The notes under the pieces were generated by a model. That model was not told the origin of the DNA and did no database searches. It saw only the letters and a program-made list of their open reading frames with translations. This document shows positions 63,543-64,000 of a stretch of 64,000 bases of DNA, one piece after another. The stretch lies in the NCBI GenBank assembly GCA_012026655.1, contig JAAILG010000014.1, positions 124,001 through 188,000 on the forward strand, read 5' to 3'. The position numbers and the translations under genes were made by a program. This stretch comes from Hydrolagus affinis. Lineage: Eukaryota. How positions within the stretch are numbered: the stretch's first letter is position 1; each line of letters opens with the position of its first letter.

Positions 63543-64000
63543 CACAAAAGATGTGATAAGGTGCTATATCAAATGCAAGAGTTATTGCTATAAGAATTAT
63601 TCCAATTCTCTGGCAAAAGGTGCTTTGGTTCACAGAAGGCAGAGCCAAACCAGAATTACTCATCATCATTATTGATGCAAGATTATCTGACTCCAAAGAG
63701 TCGTTAGTGTCATTAATATCATTCACCTTTCAATAAAAGGGTACGGGATTGATTCCTCCTAATACCGATTATTTGCTGAACCTGGAATTATTTGGGTGTT
63801 GTTCTCAGAACTAGATGCAACAACTGGCGATTCTGGAGTAAATGAATGGGTTTGTCAGCTGAGAAGGAAAAGTTCTGCTTCTTCTAATCCAGCCTTGATT
63901 GAACAAACAGGAATTCAAACAATGTGTCTCATGATTGTGTAGCAAATTGATTCCACAGGATCAAGTTTGGTTCAGTTGGCAGCACTCTTGCTTCTGGGTC

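Overview
Vertebrate nuclear DNA, AT-rich and repeat-dense. The repeat complement (Deu-domain tRNA SINEs resembling shark SacSINE1, CR1 and L2 fragments, AmnSINE2- and LF-SINE-like relics) points to a cartilaginous fish, possibly a chimaera such as Callorhinchus (inference). The only protein-coding gene I can support is a three-exon GDF10 (BMP3b) on the + strand: CDS 46467-46767, 48847-49733 and 54138-54329, 459 aa, with canonical GT-AG junctions and a 100-N assembly gap in intron 2. Upstream lies about 45 kb without recognisable genes, made of SINE/LINE relics alternating with repeat-free, motif-rich islands (candidate enhancers). The most unusual signals are: (i) several local fold-back inverted duplications and perfect hairpins, two of which clearly disrupt SINE copies; (ii) two dispersed repeat families I cannot classify, both with hairpin structure; (iii) an E-box/TATA-like minisatellite abutting a tandem-CCAAT promoter of GDF10; (iv) SINE copies inside GDF10 that retain CpGs, marking a probable germline-hypomethylated domain. 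I found no convincing new protein-coding system. Repeat family names come from recalled consensus sequences and repeat coordinates are approximate.
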